From assembly GCA_963693055.1 (NCBI GenBank), contig OY843751.1, forward strand, positions 2,464,001-2,528,000: a stretch of DNA of 64,000 nt. The letters are read 5' to 3'. The position numbers and the translations under genes are program-made. This document shows positions 9,645-19,345 of the stretch, piece after piece. The number at the start of each line of letters is the position of its first letter. Positions within the stretch are counted from its first letter, which is position 1. The notes under the pieces were generated by a model, which was not told the DNA's origin, searched no databases, and saw nothing but the letters and a program-made list of their open reading frames with translations. The DNA is from a bacterium. GTDB lineage: Bacteria > Zhuqueibacterota > Zhuqueibacteria > Residuimicrobiales > Krinioviventaceae.

Positions 9645-12600
9645 ATGCTTAAAAAAGAATTGTATAGAGTAATTCTTTTAACGTTATTTTTTACAACAAT
9701 TGGTTTTACTCAAACCAATATTGAATCGGTTGTTAACGATTTTATTCAAAAGTCAAAATCTAATGATAAAATTATTGATAATATCATTTATTCAATCAAA
9801 AAAGTCGAATCTTTTTCATCATTATTTCCCAATGTATATATTGTAAACCTTAATCCTTCTGGTTTTATTGTAATATCCACTGATGAAAATCTGCCTGAAA
9901 TCTTGGCTTATTCTTTTGATCAAAATTGGACTTTTGATTCTGAGCATCCTTTAGTTAAAATATTATCCAGTGATCTTGAAAAGATTTACTACAGTAATGC
10001 GTACAAGAACATTACTGACCAGTCCAATATGCTTGGTTCAATTTTGGGTACTGATGATTTTCAACAATGGCCACCTGAAAACAGTACCAAAACAGGTGGT
10101 TGGATAGAATCCACATGGCATCAAAATAGCCCTTTTAACGATTTTTGTCCAATGGATGATTTTTTGAAAAATAGATCGTTAGCAGGATGTATTCCAGTAG
10201 CTTTTGCTCAATTGGTAAATTATCATCATTATATTGGCGATTTAAAAGTGAGTCAGCAAGACAGTTATAAAACCCGAACTCGTGGTCTTTTGATAGATCA
10301 ATATAGCGATTCGCTTGATTATCCTGACTTTGAAATGTTGAATTCATATCTTTCAACTATACAGACAAATTATAATAATTTTAATTATTTAACTGACTCT
10401 GAGATTGCGGCCCTAATGTTTGCTTGTGGTTTGATAATTCAAACTGATTACACATATGCATCATCAGGTGCCGTGTTAGCTGATATTGTACCTGTTTTAA
10501 TAGAAAGAATGGGATACAAAAATGCCGATATTATATACGCTTCCGATGATAATTTTTATGAACAGTTGAAACAAAATGCTATAAATGCTTTACCTGTTCT
10601 TTTATCTATGGAAACACATGTGGCAATTGTTGATGGATACAATACTAATGGATACTTTCATTTGAATTTTGGTTGGGGAGATAATTCTCCAAATGCAATA
10701 CAGCAATGTTGGTATTTGTTGCCTTCAGATTTACCATATCAATATCGTGATATATACAGAGGTATATTTAATATTTCACCTTCCCATAAAAATATGCATG
10801 GTCTTAACCCAAGTTGCTACGAGTTACAATTATCTGCTTCAAAAATTCAGAATTATTCAGATTCACAATCTTTTTATATTTATAATAATTATGATATAGA
10901 TGTTGTCGTTGATTCTATTATTACATCCCCAAATTTTTATACAAGCTTGACTAATGACAGCTATGTGCAAAAGTTGACTGATATAACAATTAAGGCTGGT
11001 GATTCCTTAAAGATTTTTGTTAATTGTATGCCAGACACTCTAGGTTTAGTAAAAGGATCGATCAAAGTCGTTGCTATGAATGATGATTTGAAACGATTTA
11101 TAACTTTGGAATTATTTGGATACGGTGTTGAAAATACGGGTTCTGTTGTATATGGTGGAGAAACAAGTGGGATATGGACCAAAGAAAATTCACCTTATTA
11201 TATAATAGATGATATCAGTATAAAGCCTAATAGTAATTTATTAATTGAACCTGGAGTTACAGTATTATTCAAAGGGCCTTATACATTTAATGTTGATAAA
11301 TCTTGTGAATTATTGGCAAAGGGGACAGAATCTGATTCAATAAAGTTTATCTCTCTTAATGATACTGAAAATTGGGCAGGATTTAAAATCTATTATAGTG
11401 GTGATGATGACTCGCTTTTGTTTTGCAATTTTACCGATTTTAAAAATGAAGAAGCTGCCGGTGGAGTGTTTTTTATTAGTAACAGTTCTCCAATTTTCAA
11501 ATCTTGCAAGTTTATAAACAATAGTGCAAATTTAGGCGGCGCCGTTTATTTTACTTCAAGTACCCCCGAGTTTATTCAAACGCATTTTATTAATAATAAT
11601 GCTCCATATGGAGGAGCAGTATATGCACATAATTCTACATCAATATTTTTCCAATCTTTATTCACCAGAAATGTTTCACTTAAAAGAGGTGCTGCTATTT
11701 ATGCCAAAAGTTCATATTTAACTTTGTCAAATGTAACAATTAGTAATAATGTGGCAAGTTATAAATCTGGAAATTCTGGCGTGTTGCATTTAATTGGACC
11801 TGGAAATACATCTATACTTAATTCTATTTTTACATCAAATTATAATATTCATGGAAGCGGACCATTTCATATAACTTTGGAGCAATCTAATTCTCATGAG
11901 AAAAGTACAGTAGCGTTGAATTTTAATTGTTTTGATTCAATTGATGAAGATGCAATTGATCCGGATGTCAACTTGGGGCAACCCGGGAACGATATAATTT
12001 GGGGGTTAGGTAATATAACTGCTGATCCACTGTTTGTTACTCAAACAGGACAAGATTTTCATTTGCAGATTGAATCACCTTGTATTGATGCAGGAGATCC
12101 TGATTCTGATTTTTTGGATGAACCATTCCCACATGGTTTTTGTATTAATATGGGAGCATATGGTGGAACAAAGAGTGCTACAGAGCAACATCACCCCAGA
12201 TTAACGTCTTTACCCAATGCTATTTATTTTACTCAACTATCAAATACTTTTAGAGATAAGAAAAAAATTAATATTGTTAACGGTACAGATAAACTTTTGA
12301 AAATTACTGATTTTGTTTTATCAGATAGTACACATTTTCAAATTAAAAATATAAATGAGCAATATATTAAGAATTCTGAATATATATTGCCTCCCGGTGT
12401 TCAGGACGATTTTAATTTGATAATTGATTTGAATCATACTGATTTGATGGAATTACATGAAACATTAACCATTTCCATTGAGGATGGTGATGATTGTATT
12501 ATCCCTATAGATATTAATTCTATATCAGGAACGAATATTGATTCTCAATTGGTAAGTGGAGTATGGACAAAAGATAAAAGTCCGTATGTTATTAATAATA

Positions 12601-15242
12601 ATATTAAAATTCCTGCTAATGAGACGTTGATAATTGAACCTGGTGTTTCTGTTGTTTTTAACGGTAACTTGAAATTTGATATTTCTGAAAATGCCCAGTT
12701 GATTGCAAACGGTACAGTGAATGATTCAATACGTTTTATTGCCCAAAATGCTGATCTGGGTTGGCGTGGAATATATTTTTACAAGTCAAGCAATGATGAT
12801 ACATTGAAATTTTGTCATATTTCAGGGATAAAAATTCAAAACTCTAGTTATTCAAACAATTATGGTGTGCTTGTAATTAATCAATCGAGTCCGTTAATAG
12901 AAAATTGTTTATTTACTAATAATGATAAAGTGTCTAATATAAATCTAATAAATATTATTCATAGTGATGCACAAATAAAATTTATTAAAGTAACATATAA
13001 CAACAATTTTACCAGTTTATTTAATTTTGATCAATCTAGTAATGTTATTCTTGAACATATAACAGTATCAAATAATACATGTAATACCATTTTTAATTCC
13101 CAAAAATCTAATTTCCAATTAAATAATTCCGTGATATATGGTAATTCATTATGTGGTAAATTATCAGATAATACTGATACTTATCGGCATTTTAACTCAA
13201 TTCACATAAAGAATTCAATAATATACAATAATGTTGATTTATATGTTTTTGATACGGGTTATCTTGATACCTTATCAGTAAGTTATTCTGCATTAGACCT
13301 CAGAGAAATTGAACTAGGTCACCAGGGTAACAAGTCTGGACAAATAAGAAATTTAGTTGTTTGGGGAAAGGGTAATATAAACTCTAACCCATTATTCGTA
13401 GGTCCTGAAAAAGGTAATTTTACTTTAAATCCTGCATCACCATGTATAGATGCAGGCGATCCTGATGATTTTTTTGATAAAGAACCCATGCCAAATGGAT
13501 ATCGTATCAATATGGGGATTTATGGAGGTACTGAATCTGCTAAATATTCAAGTAAGACAAAACTGACTGTTTCACCCGGTAAGATTAGTTTTGGTAAAAT
13601 TAATTTAAATTTTGATAAATCAGAAAAAATATATTTAAAAAATGGTAGCCCTAATAATATAAACATCAATAGCATAAAGCTGACGGATTCAACACTGTTC
13701 AAATTAAAAGAATTTAACGGGGGATTGTTCAATAACAATTCCAGGTTATTACTTCCAGGACAGATTGACAGTTTTCTTGTGGTTTTCAAATCTGTTAATA
13801 TTGAAGGTGATTTTGATAACCAATTATTTATTAAATATAACAACGATAAATCGGACTATGTAAATATTACTGCCAGTACTTATTTAGGAACTAAAATTAC
13901 TGCTCTAGATTCTTCCGATATATGGACCTTATCCAATTCGCCATATAATATATATAATGATATTTATATTTATAATGGTACATCGTTACAAATTAATCCT
14001 GGGGTTACTGTTCGATTTATGGGAAATAGTACTATATTTGTCAGAGATGCAGGGAAATTAGTAGCAAACGGCACTAAAGATGAAATGATCAAGTTTGTTA
14101 CTTTGAATAATGATTCAGCATTTAGAAATTTTGAATTTATTAATTCAGGTAACGATGATAGTCTATTTTTCTATGATTTCTCTAATTTAAATTTAAAAGA
14201 AACTCTTTTTAAATTAAATCAAACATCACCTTTTTTCTATTCTTCTATATTTAATAATAATGCCATACCTGAAGAAACTGTTTTATTTTATTGTGTTGAT
14301 GCTAATCCTGTTTTCCAAAAATGTCAATTTCAAAATAATATTGCAAGCGGGAAAGGACTTTATGATTTTTTCAATTCAAATTCAACTTTTAAAAATTGTT
14401 TGATCAGTGATAATATCACAGATCAAAGTGGTGGTTTAATTTTTAGTTTACATTCAAAATTTAATTTTAAAAATTGTACAATATATAACAATTTTTCAGA
14501 AAGACTTGGTGGAATAATATATTGTGGTGGTATCAATAATTCAATTAAATTTATGAATTCTATTTTATGGCAAAACTTTAGTAGCAATAAGGATATAGTG
14601 TATTCAAGTGGTACTGCTGAAGTCACTTTTCAATATTGTTGTATTGATACAACCAATCCTTTTTATGTCACCTCTCTTGCAGGAATTCAGGGAAAAGTTA
14701 ATTGGGGTAAAGGAAATTTCTATTCTGATCCACTCTTGATTTCACCTGAGAACGGGGATTTTACTTTGTCTGATCTATCACCTTGTATAGATGCTGGTAA
14801 TCCTGAGGTATCATATAATGATATTGAGGATCCAGTTAATCCCGGTAGAGCAAATTTACCTGCCAAAGGAACGGTACGTAATGATATGGGGTATTATGGT
14901 GGAAATCCTTATTTTAATATTACAACTGCAATTGAGGATGAAGATGAATCAACAATACCGGATAAATTTGCATTAATGCAAAACTATCCAAATCCATTTA
15001 ATGGAAACACATTGATAGAATTTCATTTACCGGTTTCAGGTAATGTTGAAATTAACGTTTATAATATTCAGGGACAAAAAGTAAAAACGATTACTGAATC
15101 ACGTTATTCCAATGGAGTCCATACATTACTTTGGGATGGTACCAGCGATAGCGGTACACTGGTTTCGTCAGGTATATATTTATACCGGATATTGCTTGAT
15201 AACAACCAATCCATTACAAAACGGTTGGTGTTTATAAAATAA
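9645..15242 (+). CDS. Second C10 peptidase / beta-helix repeat / T9SS CTD protein, paralogue of 3963..9518
   Basis: WHQNSPFN, AGCIPVAFAQ, HVAIVDGYNTNGYFHLNFGWG; same module order and very similar CTD. Start is ATG 9645 after GAGGGG (alternative GTG 9639). Confidence 0.88.
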   Translation: MLKKELYRVILLTLFFTTIGFTQTNIESVVNDFIQKSKSNDKIIDNIIYSIKKVESFSSLFPNVYIVNLNPSGFIVISTDENLPEILAYSFDQNWTFDSEHPLVKILSSDLEKIYYSNAYKNITDQSNMLGSILGTDDFQQWPPENSTKTGGWIESTWHQNSPFNDFCPMDDFLKNRSLAGCIPVAFAQLVNYHHYIGDLKVSQQDSYKTRTRGLLIDQYSDSLDYPDFEMLNSYLSTIQTNYNNFNYLTDSEIAALMFACGLIIQTDYTYASSGAVLADIVPVLIERMGYKNADIIYASDDNFYEQLKQNAINALPVLLSMETHVAIVDGYNTNGYFHLNFGWGDNSPNAIQQCWYLLPSDLPYQYRDIYRGIFNISPSHKNMHGLNPSCYELQLSASKIQNYSDSQSFYIYNNYDIDVVVDSIITSPNFYTSLTNDSYVQKLTDITIKAGDSLKIFVNCMPDTLGLVKGSIKVVAMNDDLKRFITLELFGYGVENTGSVVYGGETSGIWTKENSPYYIIDDISIKPNSNLLIEPGVTVLFKGPYTFNVDKSCELLAKGTESDSIKFISLNDTENWAGFKIYYSGDDDSLLFCNFTDFKNEEAAGGVFFISNSSPIFKSCKFINNSANLGGAVYFTSSTPEFIQTHFINNNAPYGGAVYAHNSTSIFFQSLFTRNVSLKRGAAIYAKSSYLTLSNVTISNNVASYKSGNSGVLHLIGPGNTSILNSIFTSNYNIHGSGPFHITLEQSNSHEKSTVALNFNCFDSIDEDAIDPDVNLGQPGNDIIWGLGNITADPLFVTQTGQDFHLQIESPCIDAGDPDSDFLDEPFPHGFCINMGAYGGTKSATEQHHPRLTSLPNAIYFTQLSNTFRDKKKINIVNGTDKLLKITDFVLSDSTHFQIKNINEQYIKNSEYILPPGVQDDFNLIIDLNHTDLMELHETLTISIEDGDDCIIPIDINSISGTNIDSQLVSGVWTKDKSPYVINNNIKIPANETLIIEPGVSVVFNGNLKFDISENAQLIANGTVNDSIRFIAQNADLGWRGIYFYKSSNDDTLKFCHISGIKIQNSSYSNNYGVLVINQSSPLIENCLFTNNDKVSNINLINIIHSDAQIKFIKVTYNNNFTSLFNFDQSSNVILEHITVSNNTCNTIFNSQKSNFQLNNSVIYGNSLCGKLSDNTDTYRHFNSIHIKNSIIYNNVDLYVFDTGYLDTLSVSYSALDLREIELGHQGNKSGQIRNLVVWGKGNINSNPLFVGPEKGNFTLNPASPCIDAGDPDDFFDKEPMPNGYRINMGIYGGTESAKYSSKTKLTVSPGKISFGKINLNFDKSEKIYLKNGSPNNININSIKLTDSTLFKLKEFNGGLFNNNSRLLLPGQIDSFLVVFKSVNIEGDFDNQLFIKYNNDKSDYVNITASTYLGTKITALDSSDIWTLSNSPYNIYNDIYIYNGTSLQINPGVTVRFMGNSTIFVRDAGKLVANGTKDEMIKFVTLNNDSAFRNFEFINSGNDDSLFFYDFSNLNLKETLFKLNQTSPFFYSSIFNNNAIPEETVLFYCVDANPVFQKCQFQNNIASGKGLYDFFNSNSTFKNCLISDNITDQSGGLIFSLHSKFNFKNCTIYNNFSERLGGIIYCGGINNSIKFMNSILWQNFSSNKDIVYSSGTAEVTFQYCCIDTTNPFYVTSLAGIQGKVNWGKGNFYSDPLLISPENGDFTLSDLSPCIDAGNPEVSYNDIEDPVNPGRANLPAKGTVRNDMGYYGGNPYFNITTAIEDEDESTIPDKFALMQNYPNPFNGNTLIEFHLPVSGNVEINVYNIQGQKVKTITESRYSNGVHTLLWDGTSDSGTLVSSGIYLYRILLDNNQSITKRLVFIK

Positions 15243-15276
15243 TTTCTTACACTCTGGAGTCAATAGAGAGGAAGAG

Positions 15277-16563
15277 ATGAAAAACTTGAAATTCATAATT
15301 TGGATATTAATTGTTTTTAATACTAATAGTTTTGCTGGTACGTTAAAAGCAGGTATTGCTTCCGAAAAATTAACTCCACCTCTTGAAATGCAATTTGCTC
15401 TGGGCGGTTATGGAGCCCGGATGAGTAAACCTGCCGAGGCAGTGCATGATGATATTTGGGTAAAATCATTGGTTATTAAGGATGCAGAAAAAGAATTTGC
15501 ACTCGTTACATTAGATATTCTTGCCTTGCCTCCTAATGTTAAAACTCAGGTTATAGATGCTTTAGGTTCATCCCGCTGGTCAATGGAGAATGTTTTGCTG
15601 TTGCCAAGCCATTCTCATACTAGCCTGGATATGACCGCGTTGAATGATAAAAATATACTCAACAGTCCACAAATTGGGATTTATCAACCCGAGCTATTAA
15701 AATTTGTCATTGATGTTATTGTAAATTGTATCAAAAGTGCCGGTAGTGAATTGCAACCTGTCAAGGTTGGTACGGGTAGGGTGCAACTGGATGGTTTGAA
15801 TCGTAACCGCCGCCATGATGAAATGATTGACCCGGATTTGACTGTTACACGTATCGACCTGTTAAATGGTAATCCTCTTGCGGTACTGGTGAACTGGACT
15901 GCTCATCCCACATTTATGGATGAGAATGATATGTGGGTGTCTGCTGGCTGGCCCGGTTATTTGCAGCGAGAACTTGAAGCCTGGATAGGACATGGAGTTA
16001 CTGCCATGTATTACAATGGTGCCCAGGGTGATTTGTCTCCTGTTGAAAAATTTGGAGCAAGTCATTATGAAAAGGCTGAACGTTATGGCAGAACCATAGC
16101 AAAGCATGCTTTTCAATTACATCAATCCATTTATCCTCATGCTGACATAGTTTTTGATTATTATGCTGATGCTTTCGAATTGCCGGAGCGTAGTGCCCAT
16201 CCCAAATTCGCTCAAACAGGAGGGGGGGAATATGCCATTGATGATCAGGTAATGAAAATAATTTTGGATATCATGAGTCCTGAAAAAGTGGTTCTCAATT
16301 CATTACGACTAGGGGATTTGATTATCGCAGGTACACCCGGTGAATTAATCTGTGAACTGGGTTTAAAAGTTAAATCTGAACTACGAGCCAGAGTAAAATA
16401 TCCTGTCATTGGTGGTTTGGCTAATGAATGGATCAGTTACATTCTAAGCGAAAAGGAATATCATCAGTCAGGTTATGAAACCAGTGTTAGTTTTTATGGC
16501 CCTTTTCTTGGAGATATAATTGTTAATGCAATGATCAAAAACGCTCTTGAATTAACAAAATGA
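15277..16563 (+). CDS. Neutral/alkaline ceramidase N-terminal domain family hydrolase, secreted
   Basis: Signal peptide; GGYGAR...HDDIWVKSLV, SHSHTS, NRNRR, NWTAHPT, GAQGD, PGEL and GLANEWISY motifs. Confidence 0.8.
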   Translation: MKNLKFIIWILIVFNTNSFAGTLKAGIASEKLTPPLEMQFALGGYGARMSKPAEAVHDDIWVKSLVIKDAEKEFALVTLDILALPPNVKTQVIDALGSSRWSMENVLLLPSHSHTSLDMTALNDKNILNSPQIGIYQPELLKFVIDVIVNCIKSAGSELQPVKVGTGRVQLDGLNRNRRHDEMIDPDLTVTRIDLLNGNPLAVLVNWTAHPTFMDENDMWVSAGWPGYLQRELEAWIGHGVTAMYYNGAQGDLSPVEKFGASHYEKAERYGRTIAKHAFQLHQSIYPHADIVFDYYADAFELPERSAHPKFAQTGGGEYAIDDQVMKIILDIMSPEKVVLNSLRLGDLIIAGTPGELICELGLKVKSELRARVKYPVIGGLANEWISYILSEKEYHQSGYETSVSFYGPFLGDIIVNAMIKNALELTK

Positions 16564-16773
16564 GATGATTTGTTGAAATTGATCTTATTTTTAACTTGCT
16601 TTTTAAGATTGTAGCAATTATTTTTATTTATATACCTTTCATCTTGAATATGATTATGCCTTCTCAGTTCTTATCCAGATCGACTTGCCAGTTCCTTACA
16701 ATAGATACCGATTAATACTTTACATCATGATTTTTGAAATTTGTTATTTAAAAATATAAATAATGATGTGATC

Positions 16774-18816
16774 ATGAATCCGGTTCCCGTTGTTACGACT
16801 ATTGAACACAAGTGTAAACGCTGTTATTCATGCGTTAGGAATTGTCCTGCCAAAGCTATCAAAGTTGAAAACGGTCAAGCTAAAGTTATGGCCGAACGAT
16901 GTATTGCTTGCGGTTATTGTGTTCGTGTTTGTTCACAAAATGCTAAACAAATTCGAGATGATCTTGCACCAACTTTAGATTTTTTAAAAAATAATACTCC
17001 TGTTGTTGCTATCCTAGCACCATCTTTTCCTGCTGCTTTTCCAGAAAATAATCCAGATACAATTATTTCAGCATTAGCTGAAGCAGGCTTTTCCAAAATA
17101 TTCCCAGTCGCTTTGGGTGCAGACATTGTAAGCTATGAATATCAACTGCTTTATCAATCTAAGGTTATGCCAGTTATTATCTCTTCTCCTTGTCCTGCAA
17201 TTGTGAATTATATAGAGAAATATGATCCTGCTTTGACATTGTGCCTGGCTCCTGTTGTATCACCTATGATCGCTACCGGTCGTTTTCTCAAACAAGCATT
17301 AGGAGAATCTACCCGTATAGTTTTTATTGGTCCTTGCATTGCCAAAAAAAAGGAAATGACAGACAAGAACGTTGCGGGCGTAATTGATGCAGTATTGACT
17401 TTTGAAGAAGTAAAAGCGCTATTTTATCGAATGCATATTGATCCTACAGAATTGCCCCCTCGAGAGTTTGATGGCCCTGAAGTAAATTGGGGAAGGTTGT
17501 TTCCTATATCCGGTGGATTATTGAAAAGTGCTGATCTGCAATCAGATATTATGGATAATGATGTTATCATTACCGAAGGTCGGGACAGGGTTATGGAAAT
17601 TCTTCAAAAATCATCCAATGGTGAAATTGAAGCCAAATTCCTTGATCTTTTATTTTGTGAAGGTTGTATCAATGGACCTAAAATTGACACTCCACTTTCT
17701 GTTTTTGTAAAAAAAGACAAGATTGTTAATTACATTAAAAAGAAGCAGAGTAAAAAGGGTTTTAAAAATTTTATATATCCTATAGATTGTAAACGCAGGT
17801 TCAGTAACGATTATCAGCTAATGCCAGCACCAACACAAAAAGAAATTCAAAATATTTTATATTTCACAGGTAAGCGAAAACCAAATGATGAATTGAACTG
17901 TGGTGCTTGCGGATATAATTCTTGTCGTGAAAAAGCAATTGCAGTTTTTCAGGGACTTGCAGAAGCTGAAATGTGTTTACCCTTTCTTGTAGAAAAACTA
18001 GAAACAATACAGAATAAGCTGGAAACCAATAACAAGGAACTAAATTCTTCAATTGAAGCACTTCAACGCACGCAGGAACAACTTGTGCAATCTGAAAAAA
18101 TGGCCTCGGTTGGTCAACTTGCAGCGGGTGTTGCCCACGAGTTGAATAATCCACTGGGTGGGATTATGGTTTTTGCGAATTTACTGCTTGAGCAAAAAGA
18201 CAAAAATGACCCTGATCTTTCTGATTTGACCCGAATCATTCACGAAGCTGAGAGGTGTAAAGCAATTATCTATGGATTGCTCGATTTTTCACGACAATCG
18301 CACTTGCAAGCTGCTATTGTAAATTTGAATAAAATTATTCTTAGTACTTTGGATCTGGTCAAGCACCAATCATTATTTCAAAAAATAGATATGAAAATTG
18401 AACTCAATCCTACTATTGGTCAAATATTTGCCGATGTGGGGCTTTTACAGCAAATATTTCTGAATATCATTTTCAATGCAGCCGAGGCAATGGAAGGAGA
18501 TGGATGTTTTATTGTTTCGTCTTATATGAGTCAAGATCATAAATATGTCATAGCAGAATTTACTGACACAGGCCCTGGTATGTCTAATGAAATTGTTAAA
18601 CGTATTTTTGATCCTTTTTTTACAACAAAGCCCCCGGGTCAGGGTACCGGTTTGGGATTATCCATGTGCTACAGTATTATCAAGCGTCACAAAGGGGAAA
18701 TCAAAGTGTCCAGCCAGTTGGGAGTAGGCACTACTATAATTATACAATTACCCAATTCAATTGAAATTGAAAAAGATATAACAGAATTATACCCCCATAA
18801 AATTTATTCACTTTAA
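16774..18816 (+). CDS. Sensory (group C-like) [FeFe]-hydrogenase domain fused to an NtrB-type histidine kinase
   Basis: 2x[4Fe-4S] (CKRCYSCVRNCP, CIACGYCVRVC); H-cluster motifs SSPCPAI, GPCIAKKKE, LLFCEGCING; FeS domain NCGACGYNSC...MCLP; H-box AHELNNPL; N, G1, F and G2 boxes (NAAEA, DTGPG, FDPFFTTK, GTGLGL). Alternative TTG start at 16741. Confidence 0.88.
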   Translation: MNPVPVVTTIEHKCKRCYSCVRNCPAKAIKVENGQAKVMAERCIACGYCVRVCSQNAKQIRDDLAPTLDFLKNNTPVVAILAPSFPAAFPENNPDTIISALAEAGFSKIFPVALGADIVSYEYQLLYQSKVMPVIISSPCPAIVNYIEKYDPALTLCLAPVVSPMIATGRFLKQALGESTRIVFIGPCIAKKKEMTDKNVAGVIDAVLTFEEVKALFYRMHIDPTELPPREFDGPEVNWGRLFPISGGLLKSADLQSDIMDNDVIITEGRDRVMEILQKSSNGEIEAKFLDLLFCEGCINGPKIDTPLSVFVKKDKIVNYIKKKQSKKGFKNFIYPIDCKRRFSNDYQLMPAPTQKEIQNILYFTGKRKPNDELNCGACGYNSCREKAIAVFQGLAEAEMCLPFLVEKLETIQNKLETNNKELNSSIEALQRTQEQLVQSEKMASVGQLAAGVAHELNNPLGGIMVFANLLLEQKDKNDPDLSDLTRIIHEAERCKAIIYGLLDFSRQSHLQAAIVNLNKIILSTLDLVKHQSLFQKIDMKIELNPTIGQIFADVGLLQQIFLNIIFNAAEAMEGDGCFIVSSYMSQDHKYVIAEFTDTGPGMSNEIVKRIFDPFFTTKPPGQGTGLGLSMCYSIIKRHKGEIKVSSQLGVGTTIIIQLPNSIEIEKDITELYPHKIYSL

Positions 18817-18868
18817 TACCACTTAAAACTTACTTTAATGATTTTTAATTAGTATATTTTGTAATTAT

Positions 18869-18886
18869 CTGTGAAAAAAATCACAA
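18869..18886. promoter_or_regulatory. Rex/CRP-type operator 1 (CTGTGAAAAAAATCACAA)
   Basis: 12/14 match to the Rex consensus TTGTGAA-N4-TTCACAA and an exact TGTGA-N6-TCACA; just upstream of the -35 box. Confidence 0.65.
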
Positions 18887-18902
18887 ATTTTACAAAAAAT
18901 AC

Positions 18903-18931
18903 TTGCTTTTCTGATATTGATTTCTTATTAT
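18903..18931 (+). promoter_or_regulatory. Sigma70-type promoter of the hydrogenase operon
   Basis: TTGCTT (18903)-17 nt-TATTAT (18926), between two operator palindromes. Confidence 0.6.
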
Positions 18932-18940
18932 TTATTAGAG

Positions 18941-18958
18941 TTGTGAAAAAAATTACAA
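18941..18958. promoter_or_regulatory. Rex/CRP-type operator 2 (TTGTGAAAAAAATTACAA)
   Basis: 12/14 match to the Rex consensus; just downstream of the predicted +1, a repressor position. Confidence 0.65.
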
Positions 18959-19177
18959 CTTGTCCTTTCTTATTCTAACACTCTACTATTTCTTTTGGGG
19001 CCACGGTCAACCATCCTCAAATTTTGGCCCATTCCAATACTTGCGACTTGTGTGTATTGCAAAAGCACGGTGTGGATATATACTATTGGAACTGAACTGA
19101 TCGGTATTTAAAAATTCATTACTCTGATTTTGATTATTGTATTTCGATCTAGAGCCACTATTATGCTTTGAGGATTG

Positions 19178-19345
19178 ATGATGCACTTTGATTTGAAGTC
19201 TATTCGGGACAATTTTTTTACATCACTCCGGTTGAATATTATTCCGGTATTCAGGAATTCTCATATTCAGAACTTTTTTAATTTTATTCGTGATTTAATT
19301 TTGAGATCTTTAGCCTTTGTAATTTTATTGGAGGCAATAAAATGA
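19178..19345 (+). CDS. Putative 55-aa leader/small protein, not in the ORF track
   Basis: GAGGA at 19170, ATGATG at 19178, open frame MMHFDLKSIRDNFF...VILLEAIK; the stop overlaps the next start as ATGA (19342-19345). Confidence 0.35.
   Translation: MMHFDLKSIRDNFFTSLRLNIIPVFRNSHIQNFFNFIRDLILRSLAFVILLEAIK

Noticed and set aside
19024-19044. Sigma54 promoter (TGGC...TTGC), expected for an NtrB-like kinase target
   Set aside because: The GG-to-GC spacing is not the required 10 nt.
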